NCBI GenBank assembly: GCA_964016885.1
Contig: CAXHJY010001591.1
Location: 194,588 to 258,587 of the forward strand
DNA: 64,000 bases
Direction of reading: 5' to 3'
Origin: Eledone cirrhosa
Lineage: Eukaryota
Part shown: one piece after another, positions 1 through 11,700 of the stretch
How positions within the stretch are numbered: position 1 is the stretch's first letter
Layout: each line of letters begins with the position of its first letter
Notes under the pieces: model-generated
Seen by the model: the letters and a program-made list of their open reading frames with translations, nothing else
Databases searched by the model: none
Told to the model about the DNA's origin: nothing
Translations under genes and position numbers: made by a program

Positions 1-197
1 TCCTATCTTTATCAACTGTCTCAAGCATTTCATATATGAATTGTCCATACATTTATTTTCTTCTTCCATCTATTAAATGTATCAATTTGTTTGTCTTGTT
101 TAAATTCTTCCTTTTCCTTTGCTTCATCACTGTTTGGGACCTTTATCTTTCTTACTCCTGCCATCAATCTTTCATTTGAATTCTTTACATACCAAGC
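1..197 (-). mobile_element. R4/Dong-clade non-LTR retrotransposon fragment (region between RT and Zn finger)
   Basis: The minus strand translates to AWYVKNSNERLMAGV...FKQDKQ...RWKKK/MYGQF, with one frameshift. This matches the W..K.MHGQF motif of R4/Dong ORFs. Confidence 0.6.
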
Positions 198-476
198 TGA
201 GGTTAGCTTTGCCTTTCATTCTTACGGGGTCGATAAAATAAAGTACCAGTAATGCACTGGAGTTGATTTAATTGCCTTTTCCTTTCCCAAAAAATTGTTA
301 GCCTTGTGCCTAAATCAGAAACCATTATTAATATTATTATTATAAGGGTGGTGGATTGGCAGTATCAGTAGAGCATCAGACATGTTTTGCGACATAGAGT
401 TACAGCCCTTTATATTCTGAGTTCAAATCTCACAAAATTGTTGGCCATATGCCTATATCAGAAATCATTATTATTA
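198..476 (+). mobile_element. Two tandem tRNA-derived SINE fragments
   Basis: The body GCCTTTCAT..TTACGGGGTCGATAAAATAAAGTACCAGT and the tail GGCCTTGTGCCTAAA..(ATT)n recur many times in the window. The second copy has A-box-like TGGCAGTATCAG and B-box-like GAGTTCAAATC. Confidence 0.75.
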
Positions 477-834
477 AAATCTTAAAGTTAAGATCAGAGA
501 TATATTTCTCAGTCTCATCTATTTATCAATCTCTTTTTTTTAACATTTCATCCACTTATTACTAACCTCTCAGCTATTTATCATAATAGCTTTTAACCCT
601 TCAGCTATTTATTACTAATCTTTCAGCTATTTATCACGATAGCTAGCTATCTTCCTATATCTTTCAGACGCTGACTTTGGATACCTCCTACCACCCCTAT
701 GCAACACTATTTGATTAGCTGTTTGGCAGACATGACCTTGTGCTTCTGCCTTTTTTCCTTTCTCTTTTACTTACACACACACCAACACGTGTCCTCCTAC
801 ATCATGAATCTCAATTTGCTACTCTGTGAACCAT

Positions 835-1100
835 TTAATAACTGCATGGACAGACGTGGACTCTACGAGTTTTAGTGAAGGCAACTTGTCTAGAGGAGCA
901 GTGACTCCAATTAAAAACAACTGCATGGGGCAGATGCGGACCCATAAGCCATAATGAAGGCAACCCATCTAGGAAAGCAGTGACTCTAATTTAAAAATGA
1001 CTGTATGTGGTAGACGAGGGCTCCATAAGCCATAATGAAGGATACCCGTCTAAGAGAGTAGATACTTCAAATAAAAACTGATACAGGGTGGAGAAGGCTC
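835..1100 (+). repeat. Diverged tandem repeat, period ~79 bp, ~3.3 copies
   Basis: Units start with ACTGCATGG/ACTGTATG/ACTGATAC at 841, 920, 1000 and 1077. The three full units carry variants of GAAGGCAACCCATCTAG..GTGACTC.AAT.AAAA. Confidence 0.85.
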
Positions 1101-3536
1101 TTAAGTCTGGTAAGACAACCTCTCTAGTACTGGTGGCATGAACAATGTGCCCAGTACATGCTGTAAAGTGGTTGGTGATAAGAAGGGCATCCAGCCAGTA
1201 AAACCCAGCCAAAATTATGAAAAGCACGACCAATATGATTTCCACTAGTTGCAAACACAGGGCTAACGTTAGTCATGTTAGTGTTGCGCACAGTAGTGAG
1301 GCACCTAGAGTAGCCATGTGTGAGAACCCCCTCGGCTATTATCAAGCAATCACACAACCACTTTCCCTTTCAGGTACATAGAACCTCTAACCAAGGAGGT
1401 AACAACAACTATCAAAGTACAATTCTCAGGACTGTCACCCTCAATGTTGGTACCCTGAAAGGCAAATCAGGTGAAATTGTGGAAATGTTAGAGAGAAGAG
1501 GAATAGGTGTATGCTGTGTACAAGAAATGAGATGTGGGGGGGGGGGGGGGTGCCTCAGCAAGACTAATCATGGGCAAATAACTTAAATATAAACTCTACT
1601 GGGTAGGAAATGACAATAGGGTAAGAGGGGTAGGCATCTTACTAGCTGAGTAATGGATAGATAAGGTGATAGAGGTAGTTAGCGTAAGTGACAGAATCAT
1701 CAAGCTTAGATTAACTGTAGGAAATAGACTGGTGACAATCACATCTACCTATGCCCTGCGGGCAAGACTGTGTAATAAACAAAAGGACAAGTTCTATGAG
1801 GAACTTTTACAGACAACTTCAGGTATTAATGAAAGAGATCTCATCATTCTGGCAGGCGACTTCAATGGACATGTGGGACAGTACTAGGATGGATTCAGCG
1901 GAGTTCATGGTAGCTATGGTTATGGCTCAAGGAAAGAAGAGGGGCTGAGACACCTGAAATTCTGTGATGCAAATGAACTAACCATTTGCATCACAAATTT
2001 CAGGAAACCAGTCAGCCACCTGATCTCATACCAATCAGGTGAACACACAAGCAAAATTGATAACTTACTTGTAAGACAACAAAATAAATGGACTGTATTA
2101 AATACTAAGGCCTTTCCTGGAAATGAATGCCCTGCACAGCATAAGCTAGTTATTAGTGACATCAAAATAAATAACAAACAGAACAAGACATGCAGAAAAA
2201 TATGGCGTTGGAAGGTGTGGAAGCTGAGGGAGCTCTAGATTAAATATAGGTTTAGAAAGGCCCTAGAGGATGCACTTGATGAGAGGAGTGATGAGCTAGA
2301 TACATACAATCTAGAGGACAACTGGGAATTCTTATGCGACAACCTTTAGTGAACTACTAGTGAGACTTGCGGCTGGAGTAAAGTGCCAGCCAGACAGATG
2401 ATGACTTGGTGGTGGAACAGCACAGTGGATACAGCCATTAAAGCCAAGAGACAGGCATGGAAAGACTGAGAAAATGGGAGTAGCAGAAACCAATACCAAG
2501 TAGCTTAGAAAGAAGCTAGGTGTCAGGTATACACAGCTCAGAGAAAGGCTGAAGAAAGTAAATTTGCCAACGTCTTGAGACGTGAGTTTCAGAGACATGA
2601 AGAGTTCCGTATTGCAAGGCAGTGTATTAGTGTGAATCAAGATGTTGTTGGGGAAAAATGTGTTAGAAATGACGCTGGTGCACTTAGCACAACTGATGCA
2701 CAAAAGAAAGAGGCCTGGAAATATTACTATGAGAGATTGATGAATGTAGAGAATGAATGGGAGGAAGAGAAACTACCCCCAACTTACCCAAAAGAAGGAC
2801 CAGCTATTGAAGTTGACAGTTTTAGGGTCAATGAAGCAATCAAGGAGATGAAGAATGGTAAGTTGCGGGACCATCAGAAATAGTTGCTGAGATGCTAAAA
2901 ACATCAGTAAGCCACATAGCCAATTAGGTAAAACCTAATGACTGGTGCAGTAGTACAATCATAAATTGCTACAATGGCAAAGGTGATGCTCTAAAAAAAG
3001 GCAACTATAGAAGAATAAAACTAATGTACCAAATTATGAAAGTGACAGAAAGAGTTATAGCACTGCTAATTAGGGAAAGAGTCAAAATTGATGAGATGCA
3101 GTTCGATTTCATGCCTGAGAAAAGTACTACAGATGTCTTCTTCTTAGTGAAGCAACTACAAGAGAAGTTCCTAGCCAAAAATAAGCCACTATATTTAGCT
3201 TTTGTTGATCTAAAGAAAACCTTTGACAGAGTACCTTCATCTGGTGGTCCTTAAGGAAATTAAGTGTAGAAGAATGGTTTGTGAGAGTATTGTAAGCTAT
3301 ATGTACAGAGAAGCTGTCAGTAAAATTTGAGTAGAAAATGAGTTTAGTGAGGAAGTTCATCAAGGTTCAGTTCTTAGCCCACTACTGTTCATCATAGTTC
3401 TCCAGGCCATAACAGAAGAGTTTAAAATGAGCTGCCAATGGGAACTTCTCTCTGCAGATGAGTTGGTTCTTATAGCTGAAACTAAAAAAGAACTAGAAAA
3501 TAAATTCCAATTATAGAAAGGGAATTTAGAAATGAA
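1100..3536 (+). mobile_element. Degenerate RTE-clade LINE (APE plus partial RT), 3'-truncated
   Basis: Motifs TLNVGTLKGKSGE, CCVQE, AGDFNGHVG, EMQFDF, YLAFVDLKKTFDRVP, HQGSVLSP and ELLSADEL are spread over ORF fragments with many stops and frameshifts. Confidence 0.9.
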
Positions 3537-3850
3537 TGTAACAAGGAGACGATTGGTTACTGTGTATAATATTTAATTAACAATTTGTGGATATATAGAA
3601 CAGTATAGTTGACATGTCAATGAATAGATGAAAGAATGAAACAAAGTTATTAGTTACCGCTTGGTTGCCTGAGTGAAGACTCCTGGCAAAGGCCAGGAGC
3701 CGAAAAGGCAAATGAGAGACAGGGAGCTTAACGTTATTAGTTTTATAGGGTTCTGACCGGAAGTTACAGAAAGGGTTCTACTTCCTGTCTAGAGAGCGTT
3801 AATCTATTGGGGATGTGAGTGTCACAACAAGGGAGGCAACTCCTGCTACA
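3537..3850 (-). mobile_element. Probable solo LTR (314 bp)
   Basis: The ends TGTAACAAGGAG...CTCCTGCTACA give TG..CA with an ~11-bp imperfect inverted repeat. The minus strand has TATAAAA followed by ATTAAA. No TSD is visible. Confidence 0.65.
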
Positions 3851-5340
3851 CATCTCTTTTCCAGACATTTAGCATAGACTTTACAGGTGAGGCTTAACAA
3901 GGAGATCCCTCTATAATTTGAGCAATATTTCTTGTCTCCCTTTTTGAAAATTGGAATTATCCTTCCTGACTGCCATTGCTAAGGTGCCTTTCCAGCGATC
4001 CAGCCTCTAAGAGATTAGTTATCACTCCCAGATGCATCTTATGTAAATCAGAAGATTCTGTTATGATCAGGTGTCGGAGATCAGCAAAATATTCTCTCCA
4101 TCTTGCAAGGGTGCACCTCTCTGGAGAGAGGAGACCCCAGACACGTTCCTGATAGCAGGTATGGAGGCAGATGGTCTGCCAAAACACTTTATTTGCTGAT
4201 CAGAAGTCAGAAGTCAGCTTTACCCCAAAGTCCTCCCATGTTTTAACTTTGGACTCCTTTACTGTCTCTGCTGTCACATTTCATGCCTGCTTGTACCAGA
4301 AGTGCAAGAAGGAAAACTTATTTCCCAACCTAGCTTTGTAGGCCTCCATCTATGCTTGGATGGCATCTTTGACCTCTTGATTGAACCTAAGGGTCATCCT
4401 GCCATTTGGCACCACACCAAAATTCTTTTGCCTGCAGCATTTAACAGCTGAAGCAAAAACTGCTGAGTTGAACAATCTCTACTCTGTTTCAACATCCTTG
4501 GTTTGCTCAGGGAGTTCTCTGAATTTGGATGCAATAGTATCTGTATACCTGGTCCTGACTTCCTTATCCACAAACACTCTCCACTTTATCCTGTAGGTCA
4601 CCCTGGACCTGCCAGTTTTGTGGGCTTCTTTGGCTTTAGGCAGTCTCAAGTTGCAGATAACTAGATGGTGATTAGTTGACAGCTCAGTCCCTCTCTTAAC
4701 AAGATCATCTAGCAGAGAATCAAAGAGATCAGAGACAATAACAAAATCAATCATTGATCTCTGTCCCTGATTCCCCTTATACCAAGTATATTTATGGATG
4801 TTTCTGTGCTGGAAGAAGGTGTTCATAATAGAGAGTACATTACTTGAGCAGAAGCCTATTAAGGCTTCTCCATTCATATTTAGATCGGGATTGCCATTCC
4901 TTCCAATCACTCCTTTCCATGTCAAGTGGTCATTGCCAACAAGTGCATTGAAGTCTCATCATCAAGATATATAACTCAGTCTTAACTACATCTAACGCTG
5001 TAGTAACTTTATCAAGCAAGGATTTGTATTCGGACTCCTTGTTTGGTGCATAAACTTGCACCACCCACAGAGACCTATCTTTCAGCCTAAGCTTCAAGAG
5101 ACAAATCCTCCCTTCTAATGGTATCAAGTCTATAACACATTCTGACAGCCGAGGGCTTGTGAGTATTCCCACTCCTGCTTGAATAGTGGAGTTTCCATCC
5201 TCCATCCAAATCTACACTACCAGAGCCACAGAACTTTGTTGAGGAAACCCCAACTATATCTAACTGGTAGCATTTAGCCTCCTCCACTAGTCCCTGCAAG
5301 GGTCATGATGTTCCAGGTCCCAATTTCCATGGTTTGCTCC
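3851..5340 (-). mobile_element. Degenerate RTE-clade LINE, Rex3/Expander-like subtype (APE plus RT N-terminus)
   Basis: Motifs EIGTWNIMTL, LDIVGVSSTK, VQVYAPN, RSMIDFVIVS, STNHHLV and WQSGRIIPIFKKGD..NYRGISLL on the minus strand. Confidence 0.85.
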
Positions 5341-6150
5341 CTTCTGTACCCTCTTTAGGGTCTTGGGATATGCAATCTTTGGGCGTCCATCCCACACCTC
5401 TCAGGACAAGTCACAGACTCATCACCAGTTTTTATAACATGAGATGGAGACTGCAATATATTTTTCGAACAGGCCCCTCTACCTAAGGCCTGAATGTATC
5501 CCTTGTTAACCCACATGAAGTACAATGCAGTATGATTCTTTTTCTTACCTCTCACCATATTACAGTTTTGATGGTCTTATTCATGCCAATCACAAATCTG
5601 GTACTTCTCAAACCTGTGAAGACTAGGCTTTTTAAGGGGCAGCTTTTACTTGCTTCATCATAAAAGTGTTACCCATTGTTCCATCTCCCCTAGTAGTTTA
5701 CCACTGTTGGTCAAAGTTGCTTATTCGTCCAGCAGGAGCCCACTTATATCACAACAAACCATCATATCTGGTGGCTGTATCGCTATCGGGCTCCTGCAAC
5801 CCATTCTCTAGTTGAACATTCACTAACTAGATTGAGAAGGGATAGGGCTGCTGCTATATGGTGGTTCATTTACCTTGTGTGAAGTCTGCGGTGTTGTTGC
5901 TCGTGCCTTGCTAGGCACCAATACAGCCAATGTAAAACCCTGGGCAGTACGTCTCTCAAAAAATTATTTCTAAAATGAATTTTAAAATATAGATAGGCAT
6001 TGTATTGCATGAGTCTTTTTTCTGTTACAGTTAGTTTTTTTACAGGGAACAGAACTCCTTACACTACTATATACAGTATTTTTGTTCGACAGACTCACTA
6101 CACTTGTATCCACATACATATACGCACATACGCACATACATGCATGCATA

Positions 6151-6761
6151 CATGGTGGCTGCCAACTCATTTTCGAGTACAGCCACTACTTTATATCCAT
6201 GTAGGAGAATCCCTACCGATGCGCTAAACAAGTGTGACTTTTTAGTCCAGCCAGCGACTTGAAAACTCTGGTACAAACACTACACTTGTGACAATTATTG
6301 ACACATAGTGCTGGGCCTATGGTACCATGTGACGACAAGTGCAGAGAGATCTCCAGATATAAAGCAATGCCTGTGCCGTGAAGCTTTTATAGTGAGCAAA
6401 GGCACTGCACAAAGCCAGTCCCACTCTCTTAACCAAGATGATATTTACCAAAAAGAAGAACAAGTCAACATCATTGGATACCATCAGGGTTGCAGGTGTT
6501 ATATCAGAGTTTTCCTTCTCCTAGAATTCTGCCTTGACAAAGACTAAGGGGTCATCTCTCCCGGTGATTTTGGATGGGCATTGACTCTTAAGAGCTCCTT
6601 TGCCTTTTGACAGGTTTTGTTTTTATTCCTGCAGGATGTCCAAAGTCACCCTCCTCACCAAGAAACCTTGGTGGGGTTGCCAGTTTAGTCGCCAACGACC
6701 CGACCATGGGTCAGGTTGTACTGGGATGCATGTTACCAGTAGCACCAACTGGTGACCTGAC
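6151..6761 (-). mobile_element. Non-autonomous retroelement (~610 bp), copy 1, flanked by (CATA)n
   Basis: Homologous to 12649-13187 and 55090-55327. It has no credible ORF and contains the RTE-5'UTR-like motif TCTAGGAGAAGGAAAACTCTGAT on the minus strand. Orientation is inferred from the truncation of copy 3. Confidence 0.65.
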
Positions 6762-6811
6762 ATACATACATACATACATACATACATACATACATACATA
6801 CATACATACAT
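6761..6811. repeat. (CATA)n microsatellite
   Basis: About 12 perfect units. Confidence 0.95.
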
Positions 6812-8716
6812 GTGGTGTGGATGGACTATCAAAAAGCATTTGATAGTGTACCTCATGGGTGGATTGTTAAAGTTTTACAGTTAGCCAAAGTCGCACAACC
6901 AGTGGTAGCTGCTGTTGAACGTCTGACCAAGAACTGGTACACCAATTTGATCCTTAGAGGTGAGAAGGAGCAAGTTAAAACTGATAAGATACATTACCAG
7001 AAGGGCATCTTTCAGGGTGATAGCTTGTCAGTGCTACTCTTCGTTCTCTCACTAAATCCACTATCTTACCTACTCAGGAAACAAGGTGGACAAAGAAGTG
7101 GGTCCAGAAGTATCTCCCATCTTTTCTTTGTTGATGACCTGAAGTTGTATGGGCCAAATATCAATGACATCAAGAAACAATTGGCCCTCATTAAACAATT
7201 TTCAACAGACATCAAAATGAAATTTGGTGAGTCCAAGTGCGCATATTTGGCAGTAAAACGTGGAAGAGCTGTGCCCTCCTCTACAAATCTAGAGATGAAC
7301 GGCCTGACAATACAACCTCTACAGTCAGGTGACAACTACAGATATCTTGGACAGGATGAGAATGTCAGATATGATGGACCCATAAATAAGGAGAGAACCA
7401 GAACTGAATACCTCAGAAGAGTAAAGAAAATATGGTCATCAGAACTGTCAGCGTACAACAAATACATTGCCCAGAATACTTATGCTGTGCCAATTCTAAC
7501 GCCAACATTTGGCCTGCTGAACTGGTCATTGCAAGAACTAAGTGAGATGGATGTTAGAACTCGAAAACTTCTCAGTGTTACTGGGAACTTTAACATCAAT
7601 GGTGATGTGGATAGGCTATACTTCTCACGCAAGGAAGGTGGCCGGGGTCTAAAATCCATATTAACATCATATGAGACCCGGATAGTAACACTGAAGCAAC
7701 ACCTTCAACAGAGGAAAAAGGTTGGCAACCATCTTGCCCAGGTTTATGAGCATGAAAACAAAAATATCATTAGGATAGCCACTGATCGGGAGGAGAAATA
7801 TGGAATAAAGCCTGATATAAATCTCTCACCCAGAGAAATTGGAAGATCCTATTCAATGTTCAAACAAGATGAAAAAATTGACCAATTTACAGAAAAAGTT
7901 GTGCATGGATACTTGAGACGTAAAACACAGACCATAGAGGGGATAAACCACTCAAAAAGCCTGGCATGGAGTTCCGACAAGTTTATGACATCACACCTTG
8001 AGGGATATCTCTATGCAATACAGGAACAAGAACTCCCTACCAAATATCTGCTGCTCAAAAGGGGAGGGTCATCAGCTGACAATAAATGTAGGCTATGTAA
8101 AACAAAAATCGAGGATGTAAGCCACATTGTTGCCAGCTGCGAAAGAATCTCATCTCGCTACTACCTCCCCATGATACACGATGGGATAGCTAGAACCATC
8201 TGGAACGCACTTCGGAAAACAAAATTAACAACAAATGAGGAAGAATATATTGAGACAGATGGCACTAAGGAATACTGGTGGAACCTGAAAATAAAAACTG
8301 CCACCAAATTAAAGCACAACCGGCCTGATATTGTTGTTTGGGACCACACATTGAAAACGTGTTCTGTTGTGGAGCTCAGCTGCCCACTTGATGTAAACGT
8401 TATCAGAAAAATACAGGAGAAGGAGGACATCTATGGACCATTGATGAGGAGTTTACAAATCCAGTATCCAAGATACACCTTTAGCTTCATACCCATCATT
8501 ATTGGAGCTACGGGTTATATACCAACCTGCTTGGATCAAAGTATGACTGAACTTGGATTTGCGGACAAAGAGTGCAGCTCCCTAATTCATAGTCTACAAA
8601 TGGCTGCGATAGCTGGCACCTTCAAAATTCTTGTGATTCAAGGGATGACAATTTCTTTTCTTTTACAACCTTGCTACCAGGAAGGTGGCCGGTCAAAAAA
8701 ATATACTCGAAATTAA
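6812..8716 (+). mobile_element. 5'-truncated R4/Dong-clade non-LTR retrotransposon with a 634-codon open frame (RT, CCHC, RLE)
   Basis: RT motifs DYQKAFDSVPH, GIFQGDSLS and HLFFVDDLKL; zinc finger CRLC..HIVASC; restriction-like endonuclease RPDIVVWD..VVELSCP. A (CATA)n tail lies at ~8729-8746. Confidence 0.93.
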
Positions 8717-8749
8717 GAGAAAGAGATAACATACATACATACATACAAT

Positions 8750-11700
8750 GCAAGTATTACTCTTTATTTCAGACGCGGATGGCAAACATAACCCCATCTC
8801 CCTCACCTCGCCCTACACATCCAACCCATCCCTTCTACCCACCAAGCGAAATCCAAAACTTCAGTCTTGGTGCCATGAATGTAGGCACTTTAAAAGGTAA
8901 TTCTAACGAGGTTGTAGAGATGCTTGAACGTAAGGAAGTTGATGCATGCTGCGTCCAAGAGACTAGGTGGAGGAGTGGGTCTGCTAGATTCATTGTGGGT
9001 AAAAAACGATGCTATAAACTTTTCTGGGTGGGAAATGAAAATGGGCTGGGTGGAGTAGGAATTATGCTAGCAGAAAAATGGGTAGATAAGATAATAGACG
9101 TAAATAGAGTGAACGACAGAATAATTAAAATAAGATTTGTCCTAAATAGAACTACTGTGACAATAATATCCACTTACGCACCCCAATCTGGACTGCCTGG
9201 CGTTATAAAAGACAGATTCTATGAGTCGTTAATGCTCACTACCTCCCAAATAACCAACAGTGACTACATAATTATTGCTGGCGACCTAAATGGTCATGTT
9301 GGACAACATTGTGACGGCTATGATGGAATCCATGGAGGCTACAGGCTTGGTACCAGAAATGAGGAAGGCTTCAGAATCCTGGAACTCTGTGACGCAAATA
9401 ATCTAACTATCTGTAACACAAGCAAGTTTTATGAAAGGTGGGTGAAAGTGGCGAGAATGGCCCGAGTGAATGGGCCTTCTCTCTATATCAGCCTGTAGGT
9501 TGAGGAAAAGGAGGAGGAGAGGAAAGGAGTACAAGCTCTTCGTACTCCTGGAGATGAGGGTTGCACATTTTTTTCGGGGGTCTGTGTTACCCATATAAAC
9601 TGTCTCCCTCTATTGGGGAAAATCGACTAACTTTTAAATTCCATCTGTGATAACATTTTACACGTTTTTATTGTATGTAAACTTCCCCCTTTGTATTTGT
9701 CCCCTTCTTTTGTGCCCCTGTGGCTAATAAAGAAATATATCTGTAACACAAACTTCAAAAAACGAGACAATCACTTGATCATCTATAGATCAGGGGAACA
9801 CGCCAGTCAGATAGATTATATCCTTACCAGAAGACGTGACAAAGTGTCTGTTGTAAACACTACCCCCCCCCCCCCCCCACGCGAAGAATGCACCTCCCAA
9901 CATAGCCTCATAGTTAGTGACCTCATAGTCAGGATGAGACGTACTTGACAACAGAGGAGGACTACCCTGAGAAGAAGAATATCGAAGTTAAAGGACCACA
10001 CAGCCAGTAACAAATTTAAAAGCATATTACTTGATGCTTTTGACAGTAAGGAAGAGCAATTAGAGATGTACAGTATAGAGGAACAGTGGGAAAACCTGAA
10101 ATTTAACCTGCTGAAGGCGACAGATGAAATCTGTGGCTGGAGCCGACCTATAGGCAGGAGGAGAGTAACTTGGTGGTGGAACAGTAAGGTGGAGGAGTCA
10201 ATCAAGGCCAAAAAGCAAGCTTGGAAAGTATGGCGGGATGGGGGAAGTAGAGTATACTATTAAGTGGCCAGGAGGGAAGCTAGGAGACAAGTGTACCTTG
10301 CAAGAAGGGAAGCAGAAGAAAGAAAGTTGAAGCATGTTCTACAACGCGAGAACCAAAAACGTGAGGTGTTCAGGATTGCTAGACAATGTGTCAAGGAAAA
10401 CCGTGATATTGTTGGGGAGAAGTGTGTCCATAATGATGATGGTATACTTGCCATCACTGATAAGAAGGTAGCTTGGAAGTGTCACTACGAGAGGCTACTA
10501 AATGAGGAGAATAAGTGGGAAAAAGATAGTCTGCCCCAAATCGATCCAATAGAGGGACCAGCAGTGCAAGTTGAAGGTAGTATAATAAGTAAGGCAATCA
10601 AAGATATGAAGACAGGCAAAGCAGCTGGGCCTTCGGAGATAGTTGCTGAAATGCTGAAAGCATCTGGATCGGTGGGACACACTATGGTCATCCGGATAGT
10701 AAACCACATCATACAGAATGGGGTCATACCAAATGATTGGCGTAGCAGCATCATCATTAACTACTACAAGGCTAAAGGAGATGCCCTAGATAGGGGAAAC
10801 TATAGATGCATTAAATTAATTGACCAGGTCATGAAGGTCACAGAAAAAGTTATAGCGCAACTCATCAGAGAGTGAATTGATCGAGATGAAATGCAGTTTG
10901 GGTTTGTGTCAGGTAAAAGTACCACAGACGCTCTTTTCCTTGTACGACAACTACAGGAGAAGTAACTAGCTAAAAGTAAACCCCTATACTTAGCTTTTGT
11001 TGACTTGGAGAAAGCCTCTGACTCCCTCGCTCCATTATCTGGTGGGCTCTTAGAAAACTAGGTGTAGATGAATGGCTTGTGAGAGCTATACAAGCCATGT
11101 ATAAAGAAACAGTCAGCAAGGTTAGAATTAACAACGAATATAGTGAAGAATTTAGCGTAAAAGTTGGTGTTCATCAGGGCTCTGTCCTTAGCCCCCTCCT
11201 ATTTTTTATTGCCCTTCAAGCTATAACAGAGGAGTTCAAGACCGGCTGCCCATGGGAACTTCTATACGCAGATGATGTTACGCTCATAGCTGAATCAATG
11301 GCTGAACTAGAGAAGAAATTCCAAACTTGGAAGCATAGCCTAGAATCAAAAGGCCTTAAAATTAACTTGTCTAAGACTAAAGTTCTAGTATGTAGGAAGG
11401 AAAATAGGGCACTGGTCCCCTCTGGGAAATGGCCATGCTCAGTGTGTAGGAAAGGAGTAGGTAGAAACTCCACTTTATGTCCCAAATCCAAAGTATGGGT
11501 GCATAAAAGATGTAGTGGGATCACAGGTAAGCTAACTAAGAACATAGATTTTATATATGGCCGGTGCTCAGGTGCAATAAGTAGTAGCAAGTGCCCACAG
11601 GATACTAGCTCCTTCCATTGCCCAGATGGTTCTATAGAAATAGTGGACACCTTCCGTTACCTGGGTGACAAAATCAGCAATGGTGGAGGGTGCTCTGAAA

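Noticed and set aside
835-1100. CRISPR-like repeat-spacer appearance
   Set aside because: Whole units are homologous, with no unique spacers. The context is eukaryotic and there are no cas genes.
5640-5690. Hammerhead ribozyme core on the minus strand (TGATGA..)
   Set aside because: It lacks CUGAUGA and the GAAA half of the core.
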